The notes under the pieces: model-generated
Databases searched by the model: none
What the model saw: the letters and a program-made list of their open reading frames with translations, nothing else
Told to the model about the DNA's origin: nothing
Shown: piece by piece, positions 1 through 8,253 of the stretch
Position numbering within the stretch: position 1 is the first letter of the stretch
Layout of the letters: each line of letters starts with the position of its first letter
Sequence record: SRR20825019_212
Strand: one strand, 5' to 3'
Length of the DNA: 20,000 nt
Program-made: the position numbers and the translations under genes

Positions 1-853
1 TGATTCCCCTTTGACCGAGAAATCTCTCCAATTCAGGCCTACTTTCCTTGGAAATTCCCTTTACAACAAACGATTTCCAGGGGGTGATGCATATTTTCCC
101 GATACTGTTGTCCAAACAGAATCCACAAAATTCCTTTAGGAATTGAAGATCATAACGATTATTACGCCAATAAAGTCCCAACCAGTATTGGTCTAAGCCC
201 ATCCGGTTCATCCCCTCGTAGTAAGGGAATGTAACAAATGGAATTTGGAGTTCTTTCTTTATGGTCCTGTTATTGTTGGTCTGCAGTTTTTGATTCAATA
301 GGGTAAAGAGCTGATCTACATTGTCCATGGCATGGTACACTTCTTCTACGGCCCTACAGACCGAAACAATGTCCCAACTGTAAATCAGCACTGGGTAATA
401 GGCACTTTTCTTCCAATGGGGCAATACTATGTTCAAATACCAGTAATCTTCATCTTCGGATGCCACAAAATTGAGGTTTCCACTAAAAATAGGCACCAAG
501 CGTTGTTTGGGATCGGTAATATTGATTTTCAATCTTGGCATAAAATCAAACTGCTCCAATAGGTACAGGTAAGTGGATCCTTTGAGCCAATGGGTTCCAT
601 CAAAAATATCTGCCGACACATAAGAACAAACAATGTTTTGGTAAGATCTGTCAGCTACGATATCGGTCTTATATTTTGATGTTTTTTCCAACTGTCCCTT
701 ATGCTTATTGTCCAGCGGAAAGAGCAGGTCCTGCCTTGAGCCAAAGTAAACTTCCGACAATCCGGCTGCCTCGAGCATGGCAACACTGTCCTTGAGCTCA
801 CCCGGAGAGGTAATGCCCCCGCTTATCAATATCCTGTGCAAATCGTCGTTCAT
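1..853 (-). CDS. Partial (3'-truncated) conserved protein with nitrite/sulfite-reductase-like fold; homologues in Bacteroidota nitrate clusters are, from recall, annotated 'rubredoxin' (C-terminal domain would lie outside the window)
   Basis: Not in the ORF track. Hand translation from ATG at 853 gives 284 stop-free codons to the window edge: MNDDLHRILISGGITSPGELKDSVAMLEAAGLSEVYFGSRQDLLF...YQNIVCSYVSADIF...MPRLKINITDPKQRLVPIFSGNLNFVASEDEDYWYL...FPYYEGMNRMG...WLGLYWRNNRY...IGKICITPWKSFVVKGI. The ATG lies 4 nt after the nitrate reductase stop codon. Confidence 0.85.
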   Translation of the reverse strand, partial: MNDDLHRILISGGITSPGELKDSVAMLEAAGLSEVYFGSRQDLLFPLDNKHKGQLEKTSKYKTDIVADRSYQNIVCSYVSADIFDGTHWLKGSTYLYLLEQFDFMPRLKINITDPKQRLVPIFSGNLNFVASEDEDYWYLNIVLPHWKKSAYYPVLIYSWDIVSVCRAVEEVYHAMDNVDQLFTLLNQKLQTNNNRTIKKELQIPFVTFPYYEGMNRMGLDQYWLGLYWRNNRYDLQFLKEFCGFCLDNSIGKICITPWKSFVVKGISKESRPELERFLGQRGI

Positions 854-857
854 GATC

Positions 858-3800
858 TTAAACCAGTGTTGCTTTCAATTGTCCGTTCAATAGGGCTTGC
901 ACCTCGGGCTTACAACTTCCGCAGCCCAATCCTGCCCCGGTTTGAGAACATAGTTGTGAAAAATCCGTACATCCGCCCGCTATGGCATCCTTAATGTTCC
1001 CATCCCCCACTTGACTACAAGAACAGACCAAACTCCCTTTAAGCGGTTCCATTGTTGATGTACCCCGTAGCAATTCCTCCCTTTTTTCAGAGAGTTCTAT
1101 TTCTTCTTCAATGAGTCGCTTAAACTCTGCGAACTCATTTTTATCACCCATCAAAATAGCTCCTTTCAGGGTATCATCCTTAACAATACATTTTTTGTAG
1201 AACCGCTTGCTCACATCCATTAATAAAATCTCTTCATAGGAAGGATCGTCCTTTGGGGCATTGACCATTCCAATGCTGCAGAGGTCAAGATTTTCAAACT
1301 TTAAAATGTTCATCAATACAGAGCCGCCATAAATACTTCCCAAATCTCCAAGAATATAATTTGCGGCCACATCGGCCTGTTGTTCCGCTGCCGAAGTGAT
1401 GCCGTACAGCGCATTCTCAAACTCAGCGATTTCGCCCAATGCAAAAATGGACGGATCGCTCGTTTTGAGATAAGGGTCCACCAAAACCCCTCTTCGGGTC
1501 TCCAACCCGGCACTTGTTGCCAAAGATATGTTGGGACGGGTTCCGATAGCATAAACAATGGCATTACAACGTAGAGTCCTGCCTGTTTTTAGATTGACCA
1601 TCAAAGTATATTGAGATTCCTCTTCCTCAAAAATGGTGCTTACCTCGTTGTCAAAAAACAATTGAATCCCCCTTTCTGAAACATCTTCGGCCAATAATTT
1701 ACTGGAAACTGGATCTAACTGGCGTTCCATTAACCTGGGGGCACGCTGTATTATGCTGATATTGATATTGATTTTTTTAAGTGCTGCTGCGAGTTCTAGA
1801 CCGAGCAAACCTCCTCCGACGATGACCACGTGCTGTTCGTTTGTTGGGAGTCCCGTTTTGGACAAATAGTCTTTGAGTCGGTCCGCATCGCCCCTTTCCC
1901 GCATTGTGAATCTTCCCGGTAGGTCCATCCGTACTTCATTTGGCACAAAAGCGCGACTCCCAGTTGCCATTACCAAAAAATCGTAATTGTGTGTGCCTCC
2001 CAAATCATCGGTCACCGTTTTTTCTTTGGCATTGATGTCTTTGACTCCATTGTTAGGATACAATGTGACCTTAAGCTTTTCCAGTTCTCCTTGCTTCAAT
2101 TTTTGAAGGGCTTCCCAAGACAGTTCTTCATTCACATATTCCGGGAGCAAGACACGGTTGTAAAAGGGATGCTCCTCTTTGGAAAACACATGGATTTCAT
2201 CCGTTTTGTTCTTTTCCCGATAGGTTTGGATAAAACGGTAAGCTGCCGCACCAGCTCCAACAACAACTATTTTTTGCGAGGGCTTCTTATATTTTTCAAC
2301 CTGAACGGCACAGTATTTAAAATCGGGTTCTTTGGATACGGGGTCTACAATATCATTGGTAAGATTGTTGGCCCTACTAAAATCATTGTTCAGGATTTTG
2401 CCCCAGTGCATAGGAAGAAAAACCACCCTTTCGCGAATATCATAATTGATTTTTACCTTGACCCTAACATTGCCCCGCCTACTCTTTACCACTGCAATAT
2501 CACCTTCCTTAAGGTTTCGCACATAGGCATCTACCTTGTTCATTTCAAGGAAAGGGGATGGGATATGGGTCAATAATCGTTTTACTTTTCCCGTTTTTGT
2601 TCGAGTATGCCATTGATCCCTGACCCTTCCGGTATTGAGCACCAATGGAAAGTCCGTTGTTGTGATTTCTGATTTGTTGTACAGGTTTCTGGGTGCATTG
2701 AAATGTACTTTCCCATTTGCAGTGAAATATTTTTGATCTTGAAAAAGCCTCGGTGTTCCCTTGTGTTCGGGCGAAGGTACAGGCCATTGAAAGCTTCCTT
2801 CCTTTTGAAGACGTTCGTGGGACAGTCCAGAAATATCAATGTTGGTCCCCTTGGTCATTAGGCAATATTCATCATAAACTTCCGAGACATTGTTGTAGTC
2901 AAAACCGCCATATCCCATTTTTTGGGCAAATCTCCACAAGATTTCTGCATCTGGCAATGCCTCACCGGGAGCATCAATGACTTTGGGCAAATAACTTATC
3001 CGACGCTCGGAATTGGTCATGGTGCCTTCTTTTTCCAACCAACCTGCTGCCGGCAACAACAAATCCGCATATTTTGTGGTCTCTGAATTATGGGAAATAT
3101 CCTGAACAATCACAAAATTGGCCTTTTCGAGAGCTTTTTCAATTTTTTTGGCATTGGGCAAACTCACAATGGGATTGGTGCAAATGATCCATATGGCCTT
3201 CATTTTTCCGGATTCCAGCGCATCAAACATTTCCGTTGCCGTGAGACCGGGCTCGCCATTGATTTCCTTGCCTCCCCAAAATTGTCGGACTTCTTCTCTG
3301 TGTCTGGGGTTTCCCAAATCGCGATGGGCCGCCAACAAACTGGCCATCCCTCCTACTTCACGACCTCCCATGGCATTGGGCTGACCTGTTAACGAAAAGG
3401 GTCCGGAACCGGGCTTGCCAATCTGTCCCGTCAACAAAGAAAGGTTCAATAGCGAAACATTTTTATCCACTCCAATAACGCTTTGGTTCAATCCCATGGT
3501 CCACATACTAATGAATCCCTTGGCATCTGAAATCATCTTGGCGGCCTTACGGATTTCCTGGGTGGTTATCCCACATTTTTCTGCAGCCTTGCGAATGGAA
3601 AGTTCAAAAGCCATTTGCTTGCATGCTTCAAAATTAGAGGTGTGCTTTTGTATGAATGGTTTGTCAATCTTTTTCTTTTCTATCAACCATCTGGCCATGG
3701 CATTGAAAAGAATCACATCGGTGCCCGGCAAAATTTGTAAGTGCAGGTCTGCCAAGGCACACGTCTGTGTCTTACGTGGATCCACTACGATCAATTTAAC

Positions 3801-4391
3801 CTTGGGGTTTTGTTCTTTGTGCTTTTCAATTCTTCGAAACAAAATTGGGTGACACCACGCAGGATTGGCGCCGGCGATCAAAAAACAATCTGCCAACTCT
3901 ATATCGGCATAAGCAATGGGAACAGCATCGTTGCCCACGGTTTTCTTGTAGCCCACCACGGCAGAACTCATGCAAAGCCTGGAGTTGGTATCAATATTAT
4001 TGGTTCCCAAAAAGCCCTTGGTCAGCTTATTGGCCAAATAATATTCCTCGGTAAGGCATTGCCCGGACACATACAGCCCAACACTGTCCGGGCCATATTT
4101 CTCCATGATACTTCCAAAAACGGCAGCTGCCCTTTTAAAGGCAATATCCCAAGTAACCTGCTGCATGGGATGATTTCTACTCCATCGCATTTCTGGATAA
4201 AGTATTCTATCCTTGGTATCTTGGGCCACGTAATTCAACGTTTTTCCTTTGGTACAGAGCATTCCCTTGTTCACGGGGTAATCCTCATCCCCTTTAACGG
4301 ACAATATGCCCTTGGCATCTTTGGAAACCTCGATGCCGCACCCCACTCCGCAATACGAGCAAATAGTTTTATGTGTGTCTTTTTTCTGCAT
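858..4391 (-). CDS. nasA: Assimilatory nitrate reductase (Mo-bisPGD, NasA/NarB type) fused to a C-terminal FAD/NAD(P)H oxidoreductase and a BFD-like [2Fe-2S] domain
   Basis: N-terminal [4Fe-4S] motif CSYCGVGC...LCTKG; Mo-ligand region NIDTNSRLCMSS; SLTGQPNAMGGRE; LNTGRVRDQWHT; DPVSKEPDFK. Two Rossmann motifs follow (VVVGAGAAA, VIVGGGLLGLE), then C-terminal CSCSQV...GCGSC. Confidence 0.95.
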   Translation of the reverse strand: MQKKDTHKTICSYCGVGCGIEVSKDAKGILSVKGDEDYPVNKGMLCTKGKTLNYVAQDTKDRILYPEMRWSRNHPMQQVTWDIAFKRAAAVFGSIMEKYGPDSVGLYVSGQCLTEEYYLANKLTKGFLGTNNIDTNSRLCMSSAVVGYKKTVGNDAVPIAYADIELADCFLIAGANPAWCHPILFRRIEKHKEQNPKVKLIVVDPRKTQTCALADLHLQILPGTDVILFNAMARWLIEKKKIDKPFIQKHTSNFEACKQMAFELSIRKAAEKCGITTQEIRKAAKMISDAKGFISMWTMGLNQSVIGVDKNVSLLNLSLLTGQIGKPGSGPFSLTGQPNAMGGREVGGMASLLAAHRDLGNPRHREEVRQFWGGKEINGEPGLTATEMFDALESGKMKAIWIICTNPIVSLPNAKKIEKALEKANFVIVQDISHNSETTKYADLLLPAAGWLEKEGTMTNSERRISYLPKVIDAPGEALPDAEILWRFAQKMGYGGFDYNNVSEVYDEYCLMTKGTNIDISGLSHERLQKEGSFQWPVPSPEHKGTPRLFQDQKYFTANGKVHFNAPRNLYNKSEITTTDFPLVLNTGRVRDQWHTRTKTGKVKRLLTHIPSPFLEMNKVDAYVRNLKEGDIAVVKSRRGNVRVKVKINYDIRERVVFLPMHWGKILNNDFSRANNLTNDIVDPVSKEPDFKYCAVQVEKYKKPSQKIVVVGAGAAAYRFIQTYREKNKTDEIHVFSKEEHPFYNRVLLPEYVNEELSWEALQKLKQGELEKLKVTLYPNNGVKDINAKEKTVTDDLGGTHNYDFLVMATGSRAFVPNEVRMDLPGRFTMRERGDADRLKDYLSKTGLPTNEQHVVIVGGGLLGLELAAALKKININISIIQRAPRLMERQLDPVSSKLLAEDVSERGIQLFFDNEVSTIFEEEESQYTLMVNLKTGRTLRCNAIVYAIGTRPNISLATSAGLETRRGVLVDPYLKTSDPSIFALGEIAEFENALYGITSAAEQQADVAANYILGDLGSIYGGSVLMNILKFENLDLCSIGMVNAPKDDPSYEEILLMDVSKRFYKKCIVKDDTLKGAILMGDKNEFAEFKRLIEEEIELSEKREELLRGTSTMEPLKGSLVCSCSQVGDGNIKDAIAGGCTDFSQLCSQTGAGLGCGSCKPEVQALLNGQLKATLV

Positions 4392-4427
4392 TCTGGCAAC
4401 ACCGTATTTTTTCGATGTTGAAAATTA

Positions 4428-4449
4428 AAAATTTACGTATAAATACGTA
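4428..4449 (-). promoter_or_regulatory. Perfect 7-2-7 inverted repeat TACGTAT-AA-ATACGTA (4434-4449) overlapping a -7-like element TAAATTTT upstream of nasA
   Basis: Read directly from the sequence. Resembles the NarL/NarP 7-2-7 box (TACYYMT-N2-AKRRGTA, 6/7 per half) and recurs at the other cluster promoters. Confidence 0.75.
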
Positions 4450-4525
4450 GTGATAATTTAATAAAAGTGATGCCCTAAATCGAGAGAATGATAAAAATTG
4501 TGGCAAAAGGTTGAAAAAATGAAAC

Positions 4526-5212
4526 CTAGACTAAATTGTATTTGCTTGCCTTTTTGGAAAGATCTATCAAATTTTTCACTTCCATCTTCTTCATCAGGTT
4601 GAAACGATGTGTCTCGATGGTACGTTTACTATTCTGTAGTTTCTCTGAAATCTCTTTGTTCGTATATCCGGCCAAGACCAATTCCAATACTTGAAGTTCC
4701 TTGTTGGTCAAATCAAAAGGTGTGTTTTTATTGACTTTGGACAATGATTGATTTGTCTTTTTATCAGAGCTGAACAAGTTGTTCACCAATACGTTGGAAA
4801 TATCCCCGCTAAAATATTTACCGCCTTCTTGGACCATGTGGATTGCCTTTACAAACTCCGCTTTGCCCGTATCCTTTAAAAGGTAACCGTTGGCGCCTGC
4901 CTGTACGGATTTTAGAATATACTCCTCGGAATCGTGCATGGAAAGAATGATGCACTTGGTATTGGATTTGCCTTTGGCATTAAGACGCTCCACGGTCTCG
5001 ATACCTCCCAATTCAGGCATTCGGATATCGATTATCAAAATGTCCGGAGACTTTTCATCTACCATTTTAAGTGCATCCAAACCATTGGACACTTCTCCAA
5101 TCACATCCAAACCTGGCTCTTCTTCCAACAAGGCACGTATGCCGTCTCTGACCAAGGAATGGTCGTCGGCCAAAACAATGGTAATGATCGCTTTTTGTTC
5201 CGAATTTTGCAT
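4526..5212 (-). CDS. NarL/FixJ (LuxR-HTH) family response regulator
   Basis: REC domain (VLADDH, phosphoacceptor in IIDIRMP, LSMHD, GYLLKD) plus LuxR HTH (LTNKELQVL...NKEISEKL...RTIETHRFNLMKK). Confidence 0.95.
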   Translation of the reverse strand: MQNSEQKAIITIVLADDHSLVRDGIRALLEEEPGLDVIGEVSNGLDALKMVDEKSPDILIIDIRMPELGGIETVERLNAKGKSNTKCIILSMHDSEEYILKSVQAGANGYLLKDTGKAEFVKAIHMVQEGGKYFSGDISNVLVNNLFSSDKKTNQSLSKVNKNTPFDLTNKELQVLELVLAGYTNKEISEKLQNSKRTIETHRFNLMKKMEVKNLIDLSKKASKYNLV

Positions 5213-5216
5213 TGCA

Positions 5217-5245
5217 CAAAAATAATCGAATTATTGAAATACGTA
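5217..5245 (-). promoter_or_regulatory. Putative promoter of the response regulator: -7 element TATTTTTG (5224-5217) with an upstream TACGTAT half-site (5245-5239)
   Basis: Exact match to the Bacteroidota TAnnTTTG consensus, located just after an intrinsic terminator. The half-site is identical to the cluster motif. Confidence 0.5.
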
Positions 5246-5251
5246 GAACAT

Positions 5252-5288
5252 AAAAAAGGCCGCCCCATTTAAAAAATGGAACAGCCTT
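5252..5288 (-). terminator. Rho-independent terminator after the narK-porin unit
   Basis: Minus strand reads GGCTGTTCCATT-TTTTA-AATGGGGCGGCC-TTTTTT: a 12-bp stem including G-U pairs followed by a U6 tract, about 20 nt after the porin stop codon. Confidence 0.8.
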
Positions 5289-5309
5289 GACTCCAACTAA
5301 CTCTACTCA

Positions 5310-6605
5310 TTAATTTTCTTTATTCGTTGAGAACAACTTTGGTTTGATGATCAACATGGCCCATGCCCAATTTTGGGTACTGGCGGCATCTGTCTCGGCC
5401 ACGCCCTTAAGTTCATACATACCATCTGCAGGGAACAATTGGGAATATCCCACTTTTAGTGCGTAACCATTGAATTTTTGGGTGAACACCAAATCGACTT
5501 CGGTTCCCAAAGAGTTTTCCCCACTGGGCAGGTCTTGCTCTCCCCTAAAATTTAAAACCTTGGCCAAGAGGCTAGATTTTTCTCCTAATTTTATATTGGT
5601 GCTGATATGAACATCAAACAATCCAATGGAATTGGCATGATTGCCCACATAGAAATAATCCATAAAACCATTGAATTTATGATTGGTGCCAGATAAAGGG
5701 AAAAAAGCACTTGTCTCGCCTTCAACTTGGCCGTCATTTCCACTTATGATTTCAAATCCAGCTCCTAGACCGATAGTGTTCGATGCCTTATAACTGGCAT
5801 CGAACCCCAACAAGTACGCCCCCTTTACATCCAACTCCCCTTGCCTCTCCCCTGTTTGTAGAAATGCATTCGCGGCCAGTCCAAAATCTCCTTTTTTATA
5901 CGCAAGGTGCGCACCCAATGTCTGCAAATTACTTACTCCATTTGCGGTATCGTTACCATCAAAATTTTGAAAGCCGTTATTGAGCATCAACAAACTTGAT
6001 GCAAATCTTTCCCATTCTTGTTTTAGGTAGAGCATCTGCATGGTCTTATAACTGAAAAAGCCCATGGTATTATAGGTATTTCCAATGGATTGAAACCCAC
6101 TTGGATTATCAAAGTCCTGATTAAAGGCAAAGGCAGCATCAATAACAAAACTATCTTTGGAATACTGTATGAGGGCTGCATCATGGTTTCTGGCCTGTTG
6201 GGTCCAGTCCACTTCGCCCAAGATACGTTGGTCATCATAGGAAAGTACCTGTCTACCCAATTTGGCGGACCAGCCAGAACCGAGCTTAAGTTGGGCCCAG
6301 GCTTCGAAAACAGCAAATGAATTGTTTTCATCCTCAGGCTGTAATTGACGGTTTTCACCCCAAACAAAAACATCCTGAAGACTCAGGTAGAACCTATACT
6401 TTTCGGTTTGGTAATCCGTATTTAAGCGAATCCGCGTAGCGGTTGCAAAACCAGGGTCGGAGGCATCAGACATCAAACTGCCAAAACCATTTCTATACTC
6501 TGTTCTTGGTCTAAACTGCCCATCCACTACGAATTGGGCAAAGGAAAAATGTACTCCCATGAGGCATAGGCACACCAAGAGCCTTTTCTTATTGAAAAAC
6601 TTCAT
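5310..6605 (-). CDS. Outer-membrane beta-barrel, alginate export (AlgE-like) family; candidate anion/nitrate porin
   Basis: Sec signal peptide (MKFFNKKRLLVCLCLMGVHFSFA/QF); motifs GQFRPRTEYRNG, KLGRQVLSYDDQRILG, GTNHKFNGFMDYF and LGTEVDL; alternating amphipathic strands; starts 42 nt after the narK stop codon. Confidence 0.8.
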   Translation of the reverse strand: MKFFNKKRLLVCLCLMGVHFSFAQFVVDGQFRPRTEYRNGFGSLMSDASDPGFATATRIRLNTDYQTEKYRFYLSLQDVFVWGENRQLQPEDENNSFAVFEAWAQLKLGSGWSAKLGRQVLSYDDQRILGEVDWTQQARNHDAALIQYSKDSFVIDAAFAFNQDFDNPSGFQSIGNTYNTMGFFSYKTMQMLYLKQEWERFASSLLMLNNGFQNFDGNDTANGVSNLQTLGAHLAYKKGDFGLAANAFLQTGERQGELDVKGAYLLGFDASYKASNTIGLGAGFEIISGNDGQVEGETSAFFPLSGTNHKFNGFMDYFYVGNHANSIGLFDVHISTNIKLGEKSSLLAKVLNFRGEQDLPSGENSLGTEVDLVFTQKFNGYALKVGYSQLFPADGMYELKGVAETDAASTQNWAWAMLIIKPKLFSTNKEN

Positions 6606-6647
6606 ATTGCTTACTATTTGGTTGAATTATTAGGGAAACTAAAAGTG

Positions 6648-8048
6648 CTAACTTTCCACGGTGGATATGGCCATTTTACCTTCCGTTTCTTGAAGTACGG
6701 CTTCTTCATCTGCGGTAGAGAATTTAATGGCAAATGCACTGATAGCCGCTACGACCACGAAAATTCCAATGATAAAATATCCGCTCGACACGGCACTCGA
6801 GGCCGCTGCAGCTTGTGCAGCTTTTACAGCTTCTTCACCTAAGCCCTCATTGGTCTTTATGGCAATGCGTTCGGCCATTGCCGATTTGGATTTTAAAAAA
6901 AGTGCGGCCAAAAATGCACCAACATTTCCCCCTGCCCCAACGATTCCCGAGATGGAACCAATAGCTTTTTTGTTGATAAAGGGAACTACGGAAAATGTTG
7001 CGCCTTCGGCCATTTGAACTGTAAGACTAAAAGCCACCAAAAAGATGATTCCCACTGCAAGACTTGTGGTCAATGAGAATACGGAGAGCATAACGCCTTC
7101 GGCCATCAAAATAAAAGTCAGGAACAAAACCCTTCCACGCAGACCTTTTAACTTTCCGAAACGATCACCGAAAAAGCCGCCCAAGGTACGGGCAAAAATA
7201 TTCATCAGGGCAAAGGACAAAACAATGTTCCCTGCCGTAATCCTCTCCAAGCCAAAGGTGTTTTGCAAATAATCGTCCATGGTTCCATAAACGGTAAGCT
7301 CCATACCAAAACAAGCGGCATACACCAAGAACAATATCCAAACGCGGTAATCTTTCAAGGTGCTCACAAAAGATACTTTATCCTTCTTCAAAACCGGCAT
7401 GTTTCCTGTTTTCCGCAATTCTGCAAAATTGCCCTCTGGAGTATCCTGGGTAAAGAAGTAGTATACAAGCCCCATTAAAAAACATACTATTCCGGCAATA
7501 ACCATGGAGTAACGCCATGCAACTTCATCGGCAACACCAAAACTTACCACAGCTGAAGCAATCAAGGGCATTCCCAATCTGTTGGCACCACCACCAAGAT
7601 TTCCCCAACCGGCCGATGTGGCATTTGCAGTACCCACTATGTTGGGAGCGAACATAATGGAAGTATGGAATTGGGTAATAACAAAGGAAGCCCCTATGAA
7701 TCCGATAAGAAATCTACAAAGTAAGAACTGTAAGGGTGTTTGTGCCAAACCTATCAAGATTACGGGAATAGAACCAATAATCAACAACCACGTGTAGCAC
7801 AGCCTAGGTCCAAACCTATCGCACAACTTACCGATGAGCAATCGGGCAAAAACAGTACCGGTGACAGCTAAAATTATAGAATTCCATTTTTGCGATGGGG
7901 ACAATCCCAAATCCTTAACAACATCCGGCATAAAAGGAACAATGCCAAACCATGCAAAAAAGCAAATGAAGAAAGCAATGGCAGAAATCCAAAACGTTCT
8001 AATAGGGATACTTTTAAGATTCAAAAGGTTTAATCGTGTGGCTTTCAT
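6648..8048 (-). CDS. narK: Nitrate/nitrite porter (NNP) family MFS transporter, NarK/NRT2-like
   Basis: About 12 hydrophobic segments; nitrate signatures GTANATSAGWGNLGGG and GSISGIVGAGGNVG; conserved Arg in VFARLLIG and IFARTLGG; CFFAWF in TM1. Confidence 0.93.
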   Translation of the reverse strand: MKATRLNLLNLKSIPIRTFWISAIAFFICFFAWFGIVPFMPDVVKDLGLSPSQKWNSIILAVTGTVFARLLIGKLCDRFGPRLCYTWLLIIGSIPVILIGLAQTPLQFLLCRFLIGFIGASFVITQFHTSIMFAPNIVGTANATSAGWGNLGGGANRLGMPLIASAVVSFGVADEVAWRYSMVIAGIVCFLMGLVYYFFTQDTPEGNFAELRKTGNMPVLKKDKVSFVSTLKDYRVWILFLVYAACFGMELTVYGTMDDYLQNTFGLERITAGNIVLSFALMNIFARTLGGFFGDRFGKLKGLRGRVLFLTFILMAEGVMLSVFSLTTSLAVGIIFLVAFSLTVQMAEGATFSVVPFINKKAIGSISGIVGAGGNVGAFLAALFLKSKSAMAERIAIKTNEGLGEEAVKAAQAAAASSAVSSGYFIIGIFVVVAAISAFAIKFSTADEEAVLQETEGKMAISTVES

Positions 8049-8089
8049 AATACTTAGATTAATTGATTAGATAATCAAATCTAAGTATT
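8049..8089. repeat. 41-bp imperfect palindrome immediately upstream of the narK start codon
   Basis: AATACTTAGAT-(TAA)-TTGATTA-GA-TAATCAA-ATCTAAGTATT: 11-bp and 7-bp perfect arms separated by a 3-nt bulge. Confidence 0.7.
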
Positions 8090-8129
8090 TATACGTATTT
8101 ATTGAATTATGTAACGTTTTTCTACGTAT
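8076..8129 (-). promoter_or_regulatory. narK promoter: 7-2-7 box (sense TACGTAT-AA-ATACTTA, 8097-8082) overlapping -7 element TAGATTTG (8083-8076), plus an upstream TACGTA site (8123-8128)
   Basis: Read directly. The -7 element matches TAnnTTTG exactly; no TTTG is present at the -33 position. Confidence 0.75.
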
Positions 8130-8253
8130 TTTTATGAAATAATATAAAGGAGCCCTGTCATATTGCAACATTTTAAAATTGAGCCTTGTGTTACTGACAA
8201 TTTGAAAATAGACATTGAAAACAATGTAAGCCATATTATATTAAGGTATGGGT

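Noticed and set aside
332-562. 76-aa plus-strand ORF in the ORF track
   Set aside because: Antisense to the longer, motif-bearing 1..853 minus-strand frame.
1313-4421. Many alternative-frame and antisense ORFs within nasA (e.g. 1989..2576, 3741..4421), and likewise inside nirB, the kinase and the TonB receptor
   Set aside because: They overlap well-supported genes and lack family motifs; expected shadows of codon bias.
8063-8078. FNR-like box TTGAT...ATCAA upstream of narK
   Set aside because: The spacer is 6 nt, not the 4 nt required for FNR; kept only as part of the larger palindrome.
8212-8251. Short palindromes ACATTG-AAAA-CAATGT and CCATA...TATGG after the cobA stop codon
   Set aside because: Weak AT-rich stems without a convincing U tract; cannot be called a terminator or operator.
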